Translations under genes and position numbers: made by a program | Shown here: positions 12,180 to 25,348 of the stretch, piece after piece | How the letters are laid out: every line of letters starts with the position of its first letter | Numbering within the stretch: position 1 is the first letter of the stretch | NCBI GenBank assembly: GCA_020137815.1 | Contig: CM035353.1 | Coordinates: 5,332,001 to 5,396,000 of the forward strand | Length of the DNA stretch: 64,000 bases | From: Hormiphora californensis | Lineage: Eukaryota; Animalia; Ctenophora | Direction of reading: 5' to 3' | The notes under the pieces: generated by a model | Databases searched by the model: none | What the model saw: only the letters and a program-made list of their open reading frames with translations | Told to the model about the DNA's origin: nothing

Positions 12180-15100
12180 ATGACAAACTGGTCCAGCACT
12201 GCAGCTGCGATATCGATCAACCCCCGCGGAAACGATCTCTTGAATGCTGGAGCTGAAAACTTTATGATTCTTCTAACCGCTTTTCTATCCCTACTGGGGG
12301 TCCTTGGTAACCTCGCGGTGCTTTATGTCCTCAAATCCAACGAGCAACGCTCGGGGAGAAAGGTGCGTACAGCTGTTGGAAACATATGTCATATGCAGCT
12401 GTGTATTTGTATTGCGCTGTGAGATTAATTATAGGGAGAAACTTGTACCAGCTCTTCTATTTTAATTTTGCTAGCGGAAATGATATCCTTAATGTTGAGT
12501 TCCCCCTTACTCAACAAGATATCCTGGAAATAGTTTCATGCGAACTATTTTAACGTGCTCTTTACTGAAAGTCAAATCCTATCTGCAGGTTCCATCGAAT
12601 GTGTTCATTCGGAACTTGGCACTGACTGATCTACTAATTGGATTCCTCATTTTCCCCCTCCTAACCCTGACCCTAGCCCAGGGTCGTAATTGGTCTTTAA
12701 CCGTGGCCGTCTGCCTAATTCATGGTGTTATGGTACGTACAATGATTCACATACTTGAGTTGTCATGTTGGTCACATATACCCATGAAAATAATATTACA
12801 AACAGCGACCAAGGGGATAAGGGGGTTATTAATGATACAACTTGTTGAATTGACTCCATATATATTATATCTACTTTCAAATAATAATTTAAAATTACAG
12901 GTGTCTGTTCTAATAAACGTGTCAGTGTTCTCGCTGACTGGTATAGCACTAGATCGATACCTTGCAGTCACCCAGCCTATATACTACAAGGTATGTTGTA
13001 ACCAGGAACCGACCGAATCAGGAAATACTGGTCCCTGATTGGCTGATAACCAGTCATGTGACCTAAATAACGAGTTCTGATTGGCTGTTTACTTGTTTCG
13101 GTCGGTTCCTGGTTGTAACTCATGTTGTTTATGAAAAATAAGATTTACCTGGCTCCGCCTGAATGAACTCTTTAATCTGTCAGTATTATGAATATAATAT
13201 AATATTATTGATATGCATATAGTCCCATTGGTATATCTCCTTTAGCTCCTTAAACCTGATATCTCAGACTGACCCCGATATACTGACATCTTCCATTTAA
13301 ATTTTGATATATCGATTAATATGTTCGCTATCGTTTCAATGGGTAAATGGGGCGGGGCAAGTAAATTGTCATGGAAGTCATTGAAAGCCTTTCAATTTGA
13401 CTTACATTAATTGGAACTGTCTGGGAAAATTCATCATCGATGTACCCTTGACAAATGTCTAGCAGCTTGAGCTGAGAATTAGCTAGTGTCTCGAATTCTG
13501 AAGAGAGTGCCGAGTTCTGAAGAGAAGAAGAGGAAGAAATATTTTCCCTGCTGCATTATAGTGACAAATAACTTACGTAATGTGATCATCCCGAAGTGAA
13601 GATCATAGACACCGGCACCTAACAGTAACATAGGCTGGGTACTGGGTAGCCTGTCACAGGCTCAAAGGGAAATAGATCTAAGGTTTTTGAGGCTATCCTT
13701 CTGTATTGGGCGAAAACGTGGATATTTTGTCATCCCGTCAATAGGAGCCAACCGCATTATGCATTGCATTGTGTATATCAATTTTTATCCTTTTTCAAAT
13801 CGAATCAAATAACCAAAACTTTGTGTTTCAGATCATTTTAACGAAGCAAAGAGCTCGAGGAATGGTTGTGATATTTTGGATTTCAAGCATTGTCATTGCC
13901 CTCTTACCATTCGCATTTGGAATTACGTAAGTTTAAAGTATTTCTTTGATTCTTAGATTTTAAATGAACTAACCGAAAGTCAAAACTACCCAAAAGTCTT
14001 CTTGTTATACTTTTCGTATTCATCGCTTCGATGTAATGAAAGTATGACTCATATCTTTCATGACATCGAATTAGCGATGAATCATGCGATCCTTGCTCCT
14101 GCATCAGTCTAGACATACGTAATTTTCAAATTCAGCACGGTCATAAAACAGTGATGGCACTATGAGATAGTGTCTGTGCCATAGGTTAGATAGTTTGATT
14201 CTATTATTCGATGTTCTCTTTTTCTTTTCTCTCGTCCCTCGATCTCACTAGTTTTCCTGATCTCAATTCGTTCTCGTTTTCTAACCATCCATTCTTCTCC
14301 AGTGTGCAATTCACACTTGTATTGTTCAAACCCGGGGCAGTGAGCAAATACACATGCGTCGCGTGTTGAACTAATAACTGAAATTAAACTTTTGTGATTG
14401 ACATGTAGAACAATAACGCTAGTACTATTATAGTTCTAGAGTTTAATGAAAAATTGACTCAAATCCAATTCTAATCAAGAAAGAAAGTAGCATAATCATT
14501 AATATATGGTATCATAATATGATTCATATTCATATGGTAAAAGCGCTATAACCATAAACTAAATCAGTTTATGCGTTGATATTATACACCAATTTTTAAA
14601 TTTGTAGGATTTAAATTCAATCTCGTTTATCCTGGTTATCTCTCGTTTATCAAAAATATACTCCCCCCCCCCCCATTTAACCATGCATTTATCAATATCT
14701 CTTCCTCCTCCTTTACCGATCCACCGTTGCCAATTGCTCAACCATCTCTCACCACGTTATTATAAAGGAAGCAAATCGATAACCCCCTCCCCTTCCTTGC
14801 TCAACCATCCCTCCCCTTCCTTGCTCAACCATCTCTCGCAATTATTGTAAAGGAAACCCTTAACCCCCCCTTGCAGCACCCCCCCCCATTTCAGATACAA
14901 GTTATTGTAAAAGATTGTTACCCCCCCCCCCCTCCTCATTTCAGGTACAAGTTTGCACGTTCAACCAGTATGTGCTTGCCAGATCTCACCTCCACGACAA
15001 GCTCGTGTGTTTTCCTCCTCGTTCACACTCTCTTCACCATTGTAATTCCCTTTATCGTCCTGACATACTGCTACATAAGGTGAGCTAACATATGGTGTCT

Positions 15101-18100
15101 TGATGTAGCTGATCAGATCGCTTCATGAAATACATATTGTTTAAACCAAAAATCATGCAAGGTCTCAAGTTTTATTTTGTAAATATGTACTATAATGTAG
15201 TTTCAATTTCATGTTCTTTTCAATTCTTACGCATCCATTATGTTCAGGATTTATACCAAGTTTAAAGTATGTTATGTTCAGGATATATACCGAGTTTAAA
15301 GTTCGTTATGTTCAGGATTTATACCGAGTTTAAGGTACGTTCGGTGCAGCGGAAGTTGTGTACTCGAGCCAAAAGACTTTCCATACAAGTGATGGAGTGG
15401 GGTGCTACACTCCACAATGCCCACACTCGAGCAAGTGATAAAGGTATCTTAGGATAGAGATATATGTGTCATCATTGAATGTACAAGTCCATATGGGAAA
15501 CGCTATTTGTATTCTAGAATATTCTGTCAAACTTTGTCCTACGATCATGATAATATTTCTCATGTCTCCTATATGTCTCATATCATATCTCATACATCTT
15601 GAGAAAATGCTTATTAAGACTTGACAGCTTTTCCTCCACACCTCATTTCTTATCTTTTAATTAAACCATGTCTATTTGCAGTAGGGGGAGGAACTCCGTC
15701 ATTTGGTAATGGCAAGACTCTCCAGACAGTGATTGAAGAAACCAACTCCTCGACAAGGTACACCAAACTTCATTACGGGTACACGCCCTGGCTTTTTTAA
15801 TCATCAAGTGCCCAACCAAATTACTTCACCAAGAAATATCATAGAGCTATGCATGAATATCAAGTACCTTTATTTCCTCAATTTGCCTGACTAGACTGTG
15901 TTTCGGGCGCCCCGCCTTTAAATGTAAAGGGAGGGTTAGAACATAACAATCCTCAATACAAGTACCCTAGTTGCGCAACTCCATCGGGGAAAACTCAATT
16001 TATATAAATGTCAAAAAGCTGCAAATTGCAATGTTAATAATATTTTATAATCTTGCATGCAGCTCTTAGACAGTTGTAGAAATATATTAATATAATAATA
16101 TTAGATTAAATATATTAATGATAGATTTGGTTTCAGCGGTACAAGTCGAGAGTTAAACATGGCAAATATCGTACACCTCCGTGAGCAGTTTGAGCTGAAC
16201 ACAAGCTCACCAGTAGAACCACGAAACAGTATCAAAAGTACCAAGGGAATCCTCAGTAGCAGTAGGTCGTTCTACAATCAAACCGATCTCAGGACAGCGA
16301 TGAAGAAAGTATTTTCGAGAAAAGCTAAAAAGAGAGGTTCGTACTTTCAACTTTGTATCGCTATTATAATTATAGTATATGTAGTGGGTTTGCCATGCTA
16401 CGCAGTCTGTTCGGCACTTTAAGCGCCTCGGGCTCGCGTAAGCTCACACCGGGCCTTCGGCCCGGTGTGAGAGCTGACAGGCAAGGAACATGTCAATAGT
16501 GGGTACTCAATGAGTATACTATTGCAATAGAGCTCCATCAATTCAATCAAGAATTATCATGATATTGCAGGTACCCCAAAATGTATGAGAAATGCGAGTG
16601 TAACAGCACGACTGATCATTGTGTGCTTTCTCTGCTGTTGGACGCCCTACATCTGTAAAACAATCTACACCTTGGTCTACCAAACTAACCGGGAACACAC
16701 CTGGTATCTTTACTTCCACATTGTCGTTTACATATTTGCACTGGTGAGTAAATACTAAATATGAGATGAACTCCAATAGATGAAAATAAGATAAATACAC
16801 CAAATTGGAGTTCAAAATCCAGTTTTGTAGATAATATGTATGTATGTGTGTGGTTAACCAGGCATGAATCTCTGATTATTATCTTGTTGTATTTATATCA
16901 TGAAAATATCTCTTTTTCAGTCGAATTGTGCCTGGAACCCAATGATTTACCTCTCACGAAGTGCTACATACAAAAAGGAGCTTGCCAAAATTCTCATTTT
17001 CAGGTTTGTCATGATACAGTTAATTGGTGACTGAAAGCTAAGAATCACTCGATCCTCACTCTCGATTATGGGCCAAAAATTAAATTTGTGTTTATTAAAC
17101 ACTATTTATACCTTTAAAGGTATCCACTGCACAACTCGACGTTTATCATGTTTCTTCCATTAGATGTCTGATTAAACTGTCAAGTTCTGTGAACGATTAA
17201 ATTAATAAAATATGTGTTGTTGTCAAAGTTAAAGCAACTTTAATGAGTTCACTGAAAACTGATCTGAGATGATATTTAATATAGTGACAATCAGTATCGT
17301 TGACAGTGCGAGAAACATGGGAACTGTCAAATTCCCACGAATCATGTCAATTTGACTCAAACAATTTAATGGGGGAAGGCCTCACAAATTTTACAAGTGT
17401 GATATGACGTCATGAATTATTTAAATTTATACCCTAATTCCACTACCACAGGATGAAGCCTCAAGCGACTGCACCTCGAGATGTTTTAGAGGATATTCCA
17501 GTGCCAATGCGGAATATTCACCGGAAACTAAGTGTTATAGCCGGTATTGAGGTGAGTACGTTTACCACCATCACCAACCACCTTCACCATATGTTGTTAA
17601 TATAGAGTATAATTCCAGTATGTCATATATTGATTTCTGGTGGCTTAGAAATCATTTTCAAAATTGAAATATGAATCCAGAAGTAAATCACTTCACTGAC
17701 TGAAGTTTCTGTCGTTTATCATGACAAATTATATTGAGTGCTCTTGAACAATTTCTTGGACGATTTCATCTTTATAGAAATAATTCTGCAAGCCATAAAA
17801 TACATAAAAGTTTAAAATCTGCTACCATTTCAGCCGCCGATGTTACCGATGCGTTCTCCTTCTGCCTCCCGCTCATCCCCCATCCGACGGTTCTCAGTTA
17901 TCACCGATGATACACCTGAAGAGGTAGGAGGAGGGAAGTTTCTAGCGCCAACCAGGGCTGGTCGTCAGGTCCTTTCACCTTGTTCATCCCAAACACGATC
18001 AGATCCAGCACCCCCTAGAGAGGCCTCTCCTGAAACACACACACCCTCCTCTCCTGAAGCACACATACCCTCGCCTGCACTAGCGGATAGACGTCCTTCC

Positions 18101-18223
18101 CCGTATCCGTTTCGAACGCGGTCATTTAGTCAGCAGAGTGAGAAAAGATCAGGATCGACTAAAAGAGCTAAACTTAATAATTTTCGAAATAATCGGACAC
18201 TTTCGGACGGGCATGACCCGTAG
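12180..18223 (+). CDS. Rhodopsin-like (class A) GPCR, ~598 aa, 12 exons: 12180-12362, 12589-12732, 12901-12990, 13832-13926, 14945-15079, 15316-15443, 15682-15757, 16137-16336, 16571-16743, 16921-17003, 17452-17551, 17834-18223
   Basis: All junctions GT-AG and phase-compatible. Motifs: TM1 GN, TM2 NLALTD, TM3 DRY, TM4 W, TM5 P...Y, TM6 CWTP, TM7 NPMIY. Long ICL3 and S/P-rich tail. Confidence 0.93.
13003..13111. mobile_element. 109-bp MITE (CAGG...CCTG termini, 8-bp TSD; hAT/P-type) just inside GPCR intron 3
   Basis: TIR caggaaccgaccgaa / ttcggtcggttcctg; TSD gttgtaac at 12995-13002 and 13112-13119. Confidence 0.9.
15238..15334 (+). repeat. Three 34-bp copies of the GPCR exon-6 acceptor plus exon start
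   Basis: ttatgttcag|gat(t/a)tatacc(a/g)agtttaa repeated, with AG at 15246-7, 15280-1 and 15314-5. Confidence 0.92.
15883..15949. mobile_element. 67-bp mini-element (TTG...CAA family)
   Basis: TSD tcctcaat at 15875-15882 and 15950-15957. Confidence 0.85.
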
Positions 18224-18785
18224 TAAAACGTTTGATGATGGGTGTGTGTATGTGTTGTGTGCGATTTTAATTTATGATTTTCGATAAAAATTTTAACCAC
18301 TAGATTATGTAATACATATATGTAGTTACATAAAATAATTAAATTGACTTTATTGTTAAAATCCTCGCGGAGAGGAATTTCTGTATAGACAAAAAGCATG
18401 ATGCTCATGGGTACGAGTCTTATGATCGGAAGCGGATTATTAAAAATGTCTGAATGGACCTGTCCGATGAGGTGCATCGAGAATATACGTCGAGAAATTA
18501 CCCAGGGCCAGCTGCACATGATGAATTGTGAGGTTTTATCACATAAGAGGCTTGGTGACATAGACACCTGGCGCCAGGTGTCTATGTTACCAAATGAGAT
18601 GCTGGGCGCCCATCTGACGAACTAAAGTAGTGCGCCCAACTACTCATCTCTTGGGTAATTTCCCTTTCGTTTTTTCCTGCTTTCTGAACCGTAATATCCG
18701 CGAAGTGTAACTATGTCAATATGTCAATGTAGCTGCACTGTCGTTATTGTTATGCCCTCTTGTGTGAATATTATGTAGGTATAAA

Positions 18786-19049
18786 CGGTAATTGTTAGGG
18801 CGTTCTGGTACAGTTGGTAATTTGGTGAAACCAACCCTAATAATATATAGATCGAACCCAAACGCCAAGCATAACAGTTATACTAAGGCAGAATATAAAC
18901 CAGTGAAATCTCGTACCTGGCCTATCGGCCGAATTCTTGAGTTCCCACGAGAAAGATGTGCACTTGTCAGCGCCAGATTACCCTTTTAGATTACCTGTAA
19001 ATTTTGTGCGAAATTGAACTTTGTACCAGAAAGCCCTAAGCATTTACCG
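18786..19049. mobile_element. MITE with ~40-bp imperfect TIRs
   Basis: cggtaattgttagggcgttctggtaca ... tgtaccagaaagccctaagcatttaccg. Confidence 0.6.
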
Positions 19050-20896
19050 CAAACCATCATTTTATGTTTTCCGAAAAACAATGTTTTAATTTGTTCTCCG
19101 ATTTCTCTAATTATCTCTAATTACCTCCAATAATATCCCTGATTGAAGAAAATCACATGTTGCAGCATCTCTACATTGGGTAGAAATCCAAAACAACTTC
19201 AATTAATCAGCTACAGGTGAATGTTAATGAAAACAAAACACACACACATAGTTACACATAGGGTGAGGCAGTTTTCATCAAATCATAGCAAGGCATCTCT
19301 TGAAGCTTAAGATTCTGCAGTCAGTACGGAGCAGATTGTTCTTTACATTAAAAATACGTTCACTTTGTAGCCCAAAATCTATAGGGAAATACTAACCCAT
19401 AATGTCGACATTTACAGCTATTTTTAACGCTTTTAGCTTTGCAGTTGTATCTGAATTATTCAATTTCCTGTGGCTATCATATCATTGAAACTTAATACTT
19501 GTTTGAATAAGACTCACATGGGTTATTGCGAACAGAGCTATGAATGTGACACTGACATGTTACATGAGGGTTGCTTTCACCTCATAAGGTACAGTGATCA
19601 GGTACACTTATTATGACACTATCTAGTGATTTATACAAAACCCTGAGATAGTAAGATATATATAGTTATTTTTGATAAAGAGATATAGTGTTTACACAGT
19701 TATATATACAGAATAAAATCGCCTCATGAGAATCGTGTCTATCACTGAGTGACCAGTGACCACTGTATACACGTGAGCTACACTTCCAATTTTCATGTAC
19801 ACATAAAAGATGATTGTGTAAGTTTGTACAACACTTTTATAGTTCCCCGAAAACGAAATTTCGAAATGAGCCATGAGGAGTTTATAGAAGTATGACCTGT
19901 ATTCATCATTCATGTGAATTACGTAATTCATGATTAAGGCATTTAAGGCTCAAATCCCCTCTTGCTGCATGATGTGTGATCATCTCAATGTTAACCCGGA
20001 TCAATATTGAGGTAGAATCTACACATTGACGAATGTCCCTTGATCCCTGCCTTTTACTTGTTAAGACGTGTTTAGTGGGAGATTCGCAATGCAAAATTAA
20101 GAAACTTTTGCCATTTTTTTGTATAGATCATGGTTCAGATTTCAGGCTGCATTCCAGCTTAAATTCAAAGATTATTTCTGTTTAGTAGTTGCCAAGGAAA
20201 CAAATTAGATTTGTCACAAGCAATATAAGTCGAATAGTGATACCCCTTTATAAATATATTCATCTAGCAAATAGGATCATGTAAACTTATCGTGATCCTA
20301 TTATGACCTATAATAACATCAACCTTAGACCCTCGTACTCACCCTTTAGTCAATATGAACAACGTATTCATGAATCCTGGTTAAACACGTACGTTGCGAT
20401 CCCCACCCGCGTCAGATCTTCACACGAAGAATACATGACATTTAATTCGCATAATTAGATTCATGGCCCGGTTAAACCTGGAATATACGAAGTTAAATAA
20501 TTCACTACGTGTTTATCTTGGAGGATAGAGAACGTGAACAATGATCCTTGTGCAGTAACCTCATGTAAATTAGGGAGTAGAGAGAATAGAGAGAATAGAG
20601 AGAGATGCCTCTTGACCCCTTTTAGTTTATATACTGCACCCCATATTATAATACATTATAATATAGATCGTGTTTGTACATGCTTTCGTCTACCACTTAA
20701 TAGACATGCATCAATTATACACAACGTCATGCAACGCTTTTATGTTACCATGGCTACGCCAGACGCCTCACGCAGTTTCCGGGCTTGTAATCTACATTCT
20801 GGGCGATCAATTAGGAAGTTGTCCGATCTTAGCAGAATTCAGCAGAATTTAGCCCCTCTCATATATCATATAGGTAGAGGCTAAATTCCGCTAGAC

Positions 20897-21340
20897 GATA
20901 CTAGATCCAAAAACCAAACAAGTTTGGTGGATAGCCGGGGCCGCAGAAATTTAAAAACGTGCGAAAGTTTTGATACATGAACTTTCGGGGCCTGGGGTGC
21001 TGTTAAATTCGCGTTTCCATGATCATAACCAGCAACACTTTCAAACTATACGCCAGGAAAACTATTGCAATGATCAAATTATCATTATTAATTTATATAA
21101 CACATTTTCATACATACAGATCCACAAATATCACATATAATGTACTGTACACAGTGGGTCGTTTCAGAGTCTGGTTTACAGAATCATAGTGTATTTTGAA
21201 AGAACGGCTGACTATCATGGAAACGCGAATTTAACAGCACCCCAGGCCCCGAAAGTTCATGTATCAAAACTTTCGCACGTTTTTAAATTTCTGCGGCCCC
21301 GGCTATCCACCAAACTTGTTTGGTTTTTGGATCTAGTATC
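20897..21340. mobile_element. 444-bp foldback MITE with 127-bp TIRs
   Basis: 20897-21023 is the reverse complement of 21214-21340, identical by eye. Confidence 0.9.
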
Positions 21341-22350
21341 AGGCATTTTGTTATATTAATACTACTATGACATGCATTTTGTAATTCTTAATAAACGCAG
21401 ATTGGGGATTCACGGACTTTTACAATTGTAGGTAGCCTCATAACAATCGCAGATATATAGATATCCAATATCGGATATCAATTGCGAATCACTAATATGA
21501 TAGTAATCGCAGACAACCAATTGCGGATAACTGATCACCAATCCGTTATAAGATATCGCAATCAGTTATCGCGATCTTAGCTATCTGCGATTAGCTACCC
21601 GCGATTGGTTACTACTTACCATATAATTACTTATTTGCGATAAGTTATCGTGATTAGTTATGTGCGATTACTATTATTTATTAGTTATCAGCGATTGATT
21701 ATATCCGCGATTGGTTCTCCGCGATTGTTCTATGATTTTGATTATTAGTCACGGATAATGATCACGGATACGCATTGATAATCAGATATATCTGATACAA
21801 TCAGGTTAGGTACTAATTCGTTTTTTTATCGGATATTTTTAAAATCGTCTTATATTTAAGACAGTCATAACTCTAGATATGACTACCAATTATAACTGAA
21901 AATGCGACAGTAAACCTAATTTTATAAAATAAATTTGATTCAATGTTAATTTAGACTCTGAATCCCTTCTTTCTAGGTGTTTTTTTAAATCGTCTTAAAT
22001 TTAAGACAGTCATAAATCTAGATATGACTACCAATTATATCTGAAAATAAAGCAGTTGACCAACGTTGGCAAAATATAAATCATAAAATCATGATTTTTA
22101 GTTTAATTTGCTCATTTCTAGGTTTTTTTGAAAATCGTCTTAAATCTTAATACAGTCAGATGCCCGTAACTGAAGAACCGTAACTCGGATTTGCTTGAAA
22201 TTTCGAACGTGTGTTTAAGATGTCAAGGCAACATCACGTACCAAGCGACGTGTTCGTAGAACGACGGGAAGGCCGTCTTAAACGCCAAACAAAACTTAAG
22301 ACAGTCATAACTTTTGTTACGACTGTCTGTTTTCTCTGTCCAAGCTTTAA

Positions 22351-23654
22351 GGGTACACCTGGCGTTTTTCATCATCGAGTGCCCAACCAAATGACTTCAC
22401 CAGGGTTTAGGCCATACAAAATGGACCTCAAATATGCAATTTTAGCCCTAAAGTCGAATTCATATTTTTGCTACAGCCTATTTTCAAAGTGGCGTTTTTT
22501 CAATTTTTGTTGAAATTTTTAACCTCAGGACCACTTTTTTTGAGATAGAAACATTAAATTCTTGGAATTTGAAGAGAATATAAAGGTGAATAAGCCCAAA
22601 GAAGGATTTTTGAAATGGAGCTTATTTCTGGCCATGAGAACGGTTTACTTTTTTGCTTCTTTGACACGCTGGCTGAGAATGTTCCCATGCTTCATTAGAG
22701 ATGAAAATCTGGAAATAGTTGCTCAAAACGATTATCTATGTGGCCCAAAAATTTTGGAACTTTCCCGCCAAAGATGTGGTGTACAGAGCTTTTTTTGTGA
22801 AACCTGTCTTTTTGAAAAAGAGGGAAATTCCCTGTATCTCAAAAACGGATGATCATAGAGACCTGGGACCAAGCTTAATCGATTCAGAAGGTCCGATTTT
22901 GGGGGGGTCTTCTGAGAGACATTTTGCTCCTACTCCAACCGTTTTTGCTGTAATTGCGAAAAAGGTATCAGCAAGTAAGGGGGAAATCAGCCCGAAGCAG
23001 GCTACTGGAATAGAGTTGTTTCCCCTTTTCATAGAATTAGTTTTTTGCAATTACAGCAAAATCGGTTGGAGTAGGAGCAAAATGTCTCTCAGAAGACCCC
23101 CCCAAAATCGGACCTTCTGAATCGATTAAGCTTGGTCCCAGGTCTCTATGATCATCCGTTTTTGAGATACAGGGAATTTCCCTCTTTTTCAAAAAGACAG
23201 GTTTCACAAAAAAAGCTCTGTACACCACATCTTTGGCGGGAAAGTTCCAAAATTTTTGGGCCACATAGATAATCGTTTTGAGCAACTATTTCCAGATTTT
23301 CATCTCTAATGAAGCATGGGAACATTCTCAGCCAGCGTGTCAAAGAAGCAAAAAAGTAAACCGTTCTCATGGCCAGAAATAAGCTCCATTTCAAAAATCC
23401 TTCTTTGGGCTTATTCACCTTTATATTCTCTTCAAATTCCAAGAATTTAATGTTTCTATCTCAAAAAAAAGTGGTCCTGAGGTTAAAAATTTCAACAAAA
23501 ATTGAAAAAACGCCACTTTGAAAATAGGCTGTAGCAAAAATATGAATTCGACTTTAGGGCTAAAATTGCATATTTGAGGTCCATTTTGTATGGCCTAAAC
23601 CCTGGTGAAGTCATTTGGTTGGGCACTCGATGATGAAAAACGCCAGGTGTACCC
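22351..23654. mobile_element. 1.3-kb near-perfect palindromic non-autonomous transposon, TTAA TSD, GG...CC ends (Kolobok-like), inside an older repeat-rich element (~21830-24120)
   Basis: ~610-bp arms nearly identical in inverted orientation around a ~75-bp spacer; TTAA on both sides; decayed TIR fragment also at ~15777-15831. Confidence 0.88.
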
Positions 23655-24768
23655 TTAATACAAGGTAAACCACTAGACTTACCGACTCCCAAAGTTTCAT
23701 GGTGATAGCTTTAAAATTGTGGCCTCCATCGTGTACGCAAAAAAGTGGTTACTTTACGGTCGTTCGTCACGCTAAAAACGGACATTTTGTCTAAAGTACG
23801 ACCATCTGTAGCGCAAAAACCGTAACTCCGATTTGCATGAAATTTTAAACGTGTGCTCTAGGTGTCAAGGCAACACGAACTACCAAGCGGCATGTTCGTA
23901 GGACAACGAGAAGGTTGTCTAAAACTAAGTTGAAATCGCCGATTTCAGACAATAAGTATAGTAGCGCTGTCAGAATTTTCAAAAATTTTCAAAAAATTCA
24001 AAAATTTTTTTTTTCGCAATTTCGATTTTCCATTCAATGGAAGCAAGAATGCTTGGAAAATGGACATTTTTAAGGGAAGGATGGGTGGGGGAGGGAGGAT
24101 TGGGCCCCGGGCGCTTGCCAGCGCTATGATTTTGTAGATCGGCCTCCTGATCGAGAAAATATGCGTGATCTGCTTGGTACCCTCCCTCTACATCAATTAT
24201 TATACAGGTCTTGTGCTTGCGAGAGCAACAATTAGATAAACAGCTATCTAGCTCTCTCTCTCTCTGCGAACATGTTCCACGTGTACAACACAGAATGTGA
24301 GTCACATTGTGACACATAGACTTCCTGATATTAGTGTTCCCATGCTGCGGCATCTAGCTGATAGTTCGCATGATATAATCGATCCTATATATATTTAAAT
24401 ATATATATTTATATATTTATATATTTATATATAGACCTTAAAAACTTCCGTTGTTTTTAATTTGTATAAACTGCTCGCCGGCTAACCCCGTGCTAGAGCT
24501 CTCTGTTGATCTCGGACCAAGGGACAGGATATCTATCTTGTCATCACTCCACTAATCTCGCTATAATGCAATGCTCCTTCAATTTATTTGTTGTAGAGCT
24601 CTTTTGTGGATCTGAGGACACGTACGACGTCTGGTTTTGAGGAACAATGATCAAAATGGAATACAGATTACACACTCCAACAAAGGGAAATGGTTGAAGT
24701 ACTTTGAAACTGGGGAATCTAGATGTCCAAGATACGAAGATGTGACGAAATGGAGCTACTAATTCTAA

Positions 24769-25348
24769 GGTGGGCGGACTCTAGTGCTAACGGACTCTTT
24801 ATCTAAATTCAAGGCGGACTCTATATCTAAAAGCGGACTCTTTATCTACAGTTAGACTTTGAAAAAAATTTAGATAAAGAGTCCGCCCAGTGTAGACTTT
24901 TTAGATATAGAGTCCGCACTGTGTAGACTTTTTAGACATAGAGTCCCCTGGTACATTTTGGCGCCAAATCCCCCAACCCGGACTCTATGTCTAAAATCCT
25001 AAACCAACCCAAAACCTAACCCTAACCCTAACCCTAACCCTAACCTCGAACCCAAATAATGGCCCTAACACTTCTCAATTAGTATAGAGGTACAGCAAAC
25101 TCTCGTTTCCGGCCTAACGGCCGAAATCTCGAGTTCGCTGAGAATGGCGGACTCCATGTCTAATTTAGATTTATGTAGATATAGAGTCCGCTCTTTGTAG
25201 ACTTTTTAGATAAAGAGTCCGCCCTGTTTAGACTTTTTAGAGATAGAGTCCTTCTAGAGTTTAGACTTATTTGGACTCTTTATCTAAGTCTAAATTTAGA
25301 TATAGAGTCCACTGTAGACTTAGAGTGTAGCACTAGAGTCCGCACACC
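24769..25348. mobile_element. 580-bp MITE, GGTG...CACC ends, 9-bp TSD (Mutator/Merlin-type), with internal (CCCTAA)n
   Basis: TSD taattctaa at 24760-24768 and 25349-25357; TIR ggtgggcggactctagtgcta / tagcactagagtccgcacacc; many ggactctatatctaa subrepeats. Confidence 0.88.

Noticed and set aside
16337-16422. Hydrophobic ORF tail LCIAIIIIVYVVGLPCY as GPCR TM6
   Set aside because: It ends in a stop. A donor at 16337 joins in phase to 16571, which encodes a proper TM6 (CWTP) and TM7.
16921-16960. Opsin assignment for the GPCR
   Set aside because: The Lys296-equivalent position is Leu.
22211-23692. Pairs of identical ORFs on opposite strands
   Set aside because: Produced by the palindromic transposon arms; no transposase motifs seen.
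25014-25045. True telomere or chromosome fusion site
   Set aside because: Only five units, inside a TSD-flanked MITE.
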